A stretch of 64,000 nt of DNA from an uncultured virus (IMG/VR IMGVR_UViG_3300026549_002379) (Duplodnaviria > Heunggongvirae > Uroviricota > Caudoviricetes), in the IMG/VR virus record IMGVR_UViG_3300026549_002379; one strand, written 5' to 3'. The notes beneath the pieces are model-generated. The model made no database searches. It was not told the origin of the DNA and saw nothing but the letters and a program-made list of their open reading frames with translations. The position numbers were made by a program, and so were the translations under genes. Each line of letters begins with the position of its first letter. Within the stretch, counting starts at the first letter, position 1. Positions 59,188-64,000 of this stretch are shown here, in pieces.

Positions 59188-62100
59188 TTAGCCGCGAGCC
59201 TGCTGACGCTTACGTACGTAGTACGTGATAGCGCCTGCAAGAGCCGCAAGCATTGCGATTGCGACCATGATACCGGCATTGCCGATACCCGTCTGCAGGT
59301 TGACGTGAGTCGTAGTAGGCGGAGTCTTGGACTCTTCCTTGACCGTCACGGTCTGACCCTCGTCATTGACATCCTCATGCTTGCCAACCAGAGTGCCGTT
59401 TGCGGAGTAGACATACTCGTAAGCGACAACCTTGGCACCGTTTGCCATGTTGGACGTATCCAGCGTGAACGTCATCTCGACGTCACCCGTTGTGGCCTCC
59501 GGCGTGAACTCGGTCTCGGCAGTCACAGGGTTTCCATTGGAATCCTTGATGGCCTTGCCCTCGCCGTCAACCAGGGTGCCCTTCACGGTGTACTTCTCGC
59601 CCACATAGAGGTTCTCGTAGTGGACGGAGTCGACAACACTGACCTTATCGGCCTTCTGGATGTCCTTGGACTTCTTGTCCGCGCCAGTAAGGGTCGTACC
59701 GACCTTCATCTTGTGCACGGACTGGGACTCGTCGTTGATGTCAGCATGGGTTGCAATCTTGACACCGTCCTCAGACAGGTCTTCGAACGCAACGACAGTC
59801 TGGCCGTCAAGCGCACCGGCCTCGATTTCGAAGTCGAACGGAACATCGACCGTGCCATTGGCCTCCTTCGGAGTGAAAGTGACAGTCGCCGCAACCGGCT
59901 TGCCATCCTTACCCTTCAGAATCGTGGCATCCTCGGTCGTATCGTCCTTCTTGGCATCGGCATCGTCAGCCTTCGTCACATCAGCGCCCTCGTCCTTCTT
60001 AGCGTCGGACTCAGTTGCCTTATCGGTCGAAGCAGCCTCAGCCTTTGCATCGGAATCCGTGGCCTTCGCGTCGGACTTGTCATCGGACTTAGCCTCAGAC
60101 TTATCATCAGCCTTTGCATCGGAATCCGTGGCCTTCGCGTCGTCCTTCTTGCCATCAGACGCTGCCGTCTTCTGAACATGAAGCGTACCAGTCAGCGTAT
60201 ACTCCTTGCCAGGAGTCAGGCCTTCGTATGCAACAGTATCGACAAGCTCGACGTGAGTCGTCTCAGACATCGCATGCGTCTTGGTCGTCTTGTCCAGAGC
60301 AGTCGTCTGAACGTCGACGAAGCTTACCGTCTGGTCCTTATCCGTGATGTCAGAGTGAGTGGCAATCGTACGGTCGCCCTCCTTGACAGTCTCGAATGCG
60401 ACAACGCTATGACCAGCGAGTCCAGCAGCATTGAACGTGAACGTCACGTCAACCGTGCCGGTCGTCTTCTCAGGCGTGAACTCGGCAGTCGCCGTAACAG
60501 CCTTTCCGTCGGCATCCTTCAGGGCACCGCCGTCAACGATGTTGCCATCCTTGTCGACGTCCTGCAGATGAAGCTCGCCACTCACGGTGTACTTCTTGCC
60601 AACCTCAAGGTTCTCATAGGCGATGGTATCGGTCAGAACGACCGTCTCGTCCTTTTTCTCAGTCTTCTCAGACTTCGAATCGGACGCCGTATCCTTCGCC
60701 GAATCAGACTTCGTCTCAGTCGTGCTGTCGGACTTGACTTCCTCAGCAACCTTGCTATCGGACTTGACGTCCTCAGTTGCGATGCTGTCAGCCTTTACGG
60801 ACTCGTCGGAAGCCTTGGCATCAGCCGAAGCGTCATCCTTCTTGTCCTTCGAGGCATCATAGGAAGCCTGCGTCACATGCGTACCGTTCTCGGCAACCAT
60901 CGTGGTGCCAATCTTCGGAACGTAGACGCTCTGGCCCTCGTCCGTGATATCGGCATGAACGGCCAGCGTCTTGTCCTCACGGGACAGGTCCTCGAATGCG
61001 ACGATGGTCTGTCCACCAAGGGCAGAAGCATCGAACGTGAACTCGAGATTGACCTTCATGTCAGCCTTGTCGGCCTTGAAAGTCGTAGATGCGACAACGT
61101 CCTTGCCATCGGCATCCTTCAGAGCGCCAAGGTCCTTGCCGTCCTTGTCGCGAAGATGAAGCGCACCGCTTACCTTGTACTCCTTGCCAACAACCAGGTT
61201 CGTAGCGTCAACAGTGTCAACGACGGTCTGATTCTTGTCTGCGGCGACAATCTTGCCACCGCTGGCCTTATCGGTAGCAGTCGTTCCGACCTTCGGGAAG
61301 GTCACGGTCTGTCCCTCGTCGTTGATATCGTTATGCGTTGCAAACTCAACGTTGTCAGACGTCAGAGACTCGAACGCAACGACGGTCTTGCCTGCGACGT
61401 CAACGCCGGAGAACTCGAACACAACGTCAGCCTTGCCAGAAGACTTTGAAGGAGCAAACGTGGTCGTGGCAGTAATCGGATTGCCATCGGCATCCTTGAC
61501 AGCCTCGCCAGTCTCCTTGTCCATCAAAGTGGCAGTCAGCGTATAGTTCTTGCCCTTCTCGACACCGCTGTAGTCAACGGTATCGGTCAGCTTGATGGTC
61601 TTGGCAGCCGCATTGGCCTCATGCTCGACATCGCCGGTGAACGTCGTACCGATACGAGGAATCGTAACGGTCTGGTCCTCGTCCGTCAGGTCCTTATGGT
61701 CGACAATCTCATCGCCATTCTGCTCAAGAGACTCGAACGCAACAAGCTTGTTAGTACCGACCTTGGACATGTCGACGTTCTCGAACACGACATCCGTCTT
61801 GCCGGTCATATTCGAAGCAGTGAACTCAGACTCGGCCGTTGCGACAACGCCCTTGTCGTTGCCATCGTCATCGACAGCATGCAGCTCGCCCTTCAGCGTG
61901 TACTTCTCGTCCTGGGACAGGCCGTTGTAGGAAACGGTATCCGTCAGGTTGACAGTTCCGACAGAAGGAACGGACTTACCGGTATCAGCGGAAAGCTCGG
62001 TGCCAATCGTGATGGTCTTGTCGTCAATCGTGCCGTAGTCGAGGTCAATGCCCTCGCCGTTCGGATTTCCGTACTTATGCAGAGTCACAGTGAACTGGAC

Positions 62101-64000
62101 GAGGTGATGACCCTTGTTCGTGTCAGATGCCAGCTCGGTCACAGTGTACGTATCGTAAGGGAACGCGCGCAGGTCATCATTGACCTTGACGTTGCGACCA
62201 TTTACATCATAGGACTTGCCGTCCTCAGCCCACTTCGTCATGTCAGAAGACATGCCCGTGAACCACGTACCGGCCTCGGAATCGAGCTTGCTCGAGTCGA
62301 CGACCTTGTAGTCACCGTCTGCGTCCTTCTGGATTGCACCGTTCGTATTAGGAGAATCCGGGTCGTTCGCATTGGTGTTCTGCGTATGAGCGTTCCAAGA
62401 GGAACCCCAGGTACCATTCTCATCCGTAACGATGACATGGGTCTCGCCAGTCGTATTGGACGTCACCTTGAAGGCAACCTTGTCCATGCGCTCCATGGAG
62501 TCCTCATCCTTCTTCTTGAAGGACCAGTCCTCACGAGACACCTGGTTGGCAACGACATCGTCCTCGTCGAGCAGGTCGACATAACCATCGTGCGTATGCT
62601 GGGTCAGCGTCACCGTCCAGCTCTTGGACGTATCGTCGTACAGATAACCAGTGCCGGACTTAATCTCACGAACCTCGTAGGTGCCATAAGGAAGCACCTT
62701 GCCGCTATCGGCATAGCACTTGCCATCATGCCACTCCGTGGCCATGGTCAGAACGCTCTCACCAGGCTTGTACGTAACGCCATTGACCTTGACATCATTC
62801 GCGGAACGGTTGATGACATCGAAGACAGCACCATCAAGGTGTGCCTCGCCAAGCTGGATGTACTGCTTGGTCTCACGGTCGACCTTGCCGACACGCAGGC
62901 CACCACGCCAGATGTCGTTCGCGTTCCACTTGTTCGCATCAGAGTCATAGCTCTTCAACTGACCGTCCTCGGTAATCTGGAACGTATCGGACCAACCCGC
63001 ATTAAGATGCGAATCGTTGGCCGAACCGTCAGTTGCCGAATTGACCTCGCGAATCTCATACGTGCCGTACTCAAGCGTCTTATCGTTGTCCGTATCGACA
63101 ACGTACTTGGAGCCATCCCACTTCACGTTGTCAGTCTTGGCAACGTAAGCCTTGAGATTGTCATCGTACTTCGTAGTAATAGTCGTCACGACATCGCCGA
63201 CAGCGACGTCCTTGCCGTCATACTTCACCTTGTTGTCAGAGCGGTTGATGATTTCGTACTTGACATCGGCAAGAGAACCATCGCCCTGGTCACGAGATGC
63301 GTTCCAGTCCTTCTCGGCCTTGGTCACAAGCACACCGCCGCGCCAAACCTTATCAATGTAAGAACCAACAGCGTCGGCAGTCGTCTTTGCAGAAGGCCAT
63401 GTTGCAATCTGGTGCTGTTCAGCCTCACCATTGCTATCGGCATCCGTCAATGTAAACGCCTGCGGGTCACCAGAAACAGCCACGCCAGAGGGCGCATTGA
63501 CTTCAGTAATCACTACAGTGCCAAGAGGAATAGTATTCTTCATGCCAGTGCCATCATGATACGGCCAAGTACCGGAAACTGGCGTCGCCGCACCGAACAG
63601 CAAAAAACCGTCATCATCCGTCGCAAACACAGCAGATGCCTTCGGAGAACCACTGGCCTGGGCAGCTGCCACAGAATCATACACATCACTATAGTAATCT
63701 ACACGGAACTGCACGCCCGAGAGCTTGACATCGCCACGCATCGTGCCAGCCTTGTCTTCGCCATCCAGAGCCTTCTGAACCATAATGCCCATAGGGTCCT
63801 TGGTTGCAGGCTCAGCGAACTGACCGTCCAGCGTAACCTTGGAATGACCACCACTCGTCGCCTCCACGGATGCCACAGCAGGGTTCGTCGTATAACCACA
63901 ATTACCGGACTTGATTTCCTTAAGATAGTAAGTGCCTTCCTCAAGAGGGCCAACCTCGTTCGTCACGCCAGTATTGTTCTGAACCGTCAGGATATCCACG
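59188..64000 (-). CDS. Large cell-wall-anchored repeat adhesin (SpaA/Cna-B-like and VaFE-type repeats); 5' end outside the window
   Basis: GTYEIREV-type Ig domains, six DTV.Y..L..G..Y...G.L / VVAFE / H.DI.D..QTV repeats, C-terminal NLQTG + TM + basic tail. Confidence 0.9.
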   Translation of the reverse strand, partial: VDILTVQNNTGVTNEVGPLEEGTYYLKEIKSGNCGYTTNPAVASVEATSGGHSKVTLDGQFAEPATKDPMGIMVQKALDGEDKAGTMRGDVKLSGVQFRVDYYSDVYDSVAAAQASGSPKASAVFATDDDGFLLFGAATPVSGTWPYHDGTGMKNTIPLGTVVITEVNAPSGVAVSGDPQAFTLTDADSNGEAEQHQIATWPSAKTTADAVGSYIDKVWRGGVLVTKAEKDWNASRDQGDGSLADVKYEIINRSDNKVKYDGKDVAVGDVVTTITTKYDDNLKAYVAKTDNVKWDGSKYVVDTDNDKTLEYGTYEIREVNSATDGSANDSHLNAGWSDTFQITEDGQLKSYDSDANKWNANDIWRGGLRVGKVDRETKQYIQLGEAHLDGAVFDVINRSANDVKVNGVTYKPGESVLTMATEWHDGKCYADSGKVLPYGTYEVREIKSGTGYLYDDTSKSWTVTLTQHTHDGYVDLLDEDDVVANQVSREDWSFKKKDEDSMERMDKVAFKVTSNTTGETHVIVTDENGTWGSSWNAHTQNTNANDPDSPNTNGAIQKDADGDYKVVDSSKLDSEAGTWFTGMSSDMTKWAEDGKSYDVNGRNVKVNDDLRAFPYDTYTVTELASDTNKGHHLVQFTVTLHKYGNPNGEGIDLDYGTIDDKTITIGTELSADTGKSVPSVGTVNLTDTVSYNGLSQDEKYTLKGELHAVDDDGNDKGVVATAESEFTASNMTGKTDVVFENVDMSKVGTNKLVAFESLEQNGDEIVDHKDLTDEDQTVTIPRIGTTFTGDVEHEANAAAKTIKLTDTVDYSGVEKGKNYTLTATLMDKETGEAVKDADGNPITATTTFAPSKSSGKADVVFEFSGVDVAGKTVVAFESLTSDNVEFATHNDINDEGQTVTFPKVGTTATDKASGGKIVAADKNQTVVDTVDATNLVVGKEYKVSGALHLRDKDGKDLGALKDADGKDVVASTTFKADKADMKVNLEFTFDASALGGQTIVAFEDLSREDKTLAVHADITDEGQSVYVPKIGTTMVAENGTHVTQASYDASKDKKDDASADAKASDESVKADSIATEDVKSDSKVAEEVKSDSTTETKSDSAKDTASDSKSEKTEKKDETVVLTDTIAYENLEVGKKYTVSGELHLQDVDKDGNIVDGGALKDADGKAVTATAEFTPEKTTGTVDVTFTFNAAGLAGHSVVAFETVKEGDRTIATHSDITDKDQTVSFVDVQTTALDKTTKTHAMSETTHVELVDTVAYEGLTPGKEYTLTGTLHVQKTAASDGKKDDAKATDSDAKADDKSEAKSDDKSDAKATDSDAKAEAASTDKATESDAKKDEGADVTKADDADAKKDDTTEDATILKGKDGKPVAATVTFTPKEANGTVDVPFDFEIEAGALDGQTVVAFEDLSEDGVKIATHADINDESQSVHKMKVGTTLTGADKKSKDIQKADKVSVVDSVHYENLYVGEKYTVKGTLVDGEGKAIKDSNGNPVTAETEFTPEATTGDVEMTFTLDTSNMANGAKVVAYEYVYSANGTLVGKHEDVNDEGQTVTVKEESKTPPTTTHVNLQTGIGNAGIMVAIAMLAALAGAITYYVRKRQQARG

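Larger units (their letters stand above)
4808..64000 (-). mobile_element. Large conjugative element (ICE or megaplasmid segment); boundaries not resolved
   Basis: Relaxase, coupling protein, T4SS-like genes, topoisomerase, helicase, xis-like gene, all co-oriented; no integrase seen in the window. Confidence 0.85.

Noticed and set aside
60039..60143. Direct repeat encoding AKATDSDAKA
   Set aside because: Ordinary low-complexity linker duplication inside the adhesin.
1..64000. tRNA or rRNA genes
   Set aside because: None recognised by eye in the intergenic regions.

Overview
High-GC window, probably from a Coriobacteriia/Actinomycetota host (inferred from GC and gene content). Essentially every credible gene lies on the minus strand. 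Most of it (~4.8-64 kb) is a large Gram-positive conjugative element (ICE or megaplasmid). It carries a sortase-anchored repeat adhesin, class B sortase, type IA topoisomerase, VirB4/VirB6/VirB2/VirB8/VirB1-like genes, a HUH relaxase, a short Clp-type AAA+ ATPase, a VirD4 coupling protein, two HU-like genes, an excisionase-like gene, a D5/SF3 helicase and a repeat-rich candidate origin. The left end holds a type I restriction-modification operon (hsdR, partial hsdM) behind a collapsed parA/RHH cassette. Two features stand out. (1) A 1888-aa single-chain two-barrel RNA polymerase carries both beta-like and beta'-like catalytic motifs and heads an operon of unknown proteins. (2) A group I intron with an endonuclease ORF splits virD4; its frame-restoring 5' splice site appears non-canonical and a 24-bp long-range stem loops out the ORF. 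All calls come from reading motifs by eye; no database searches were run.
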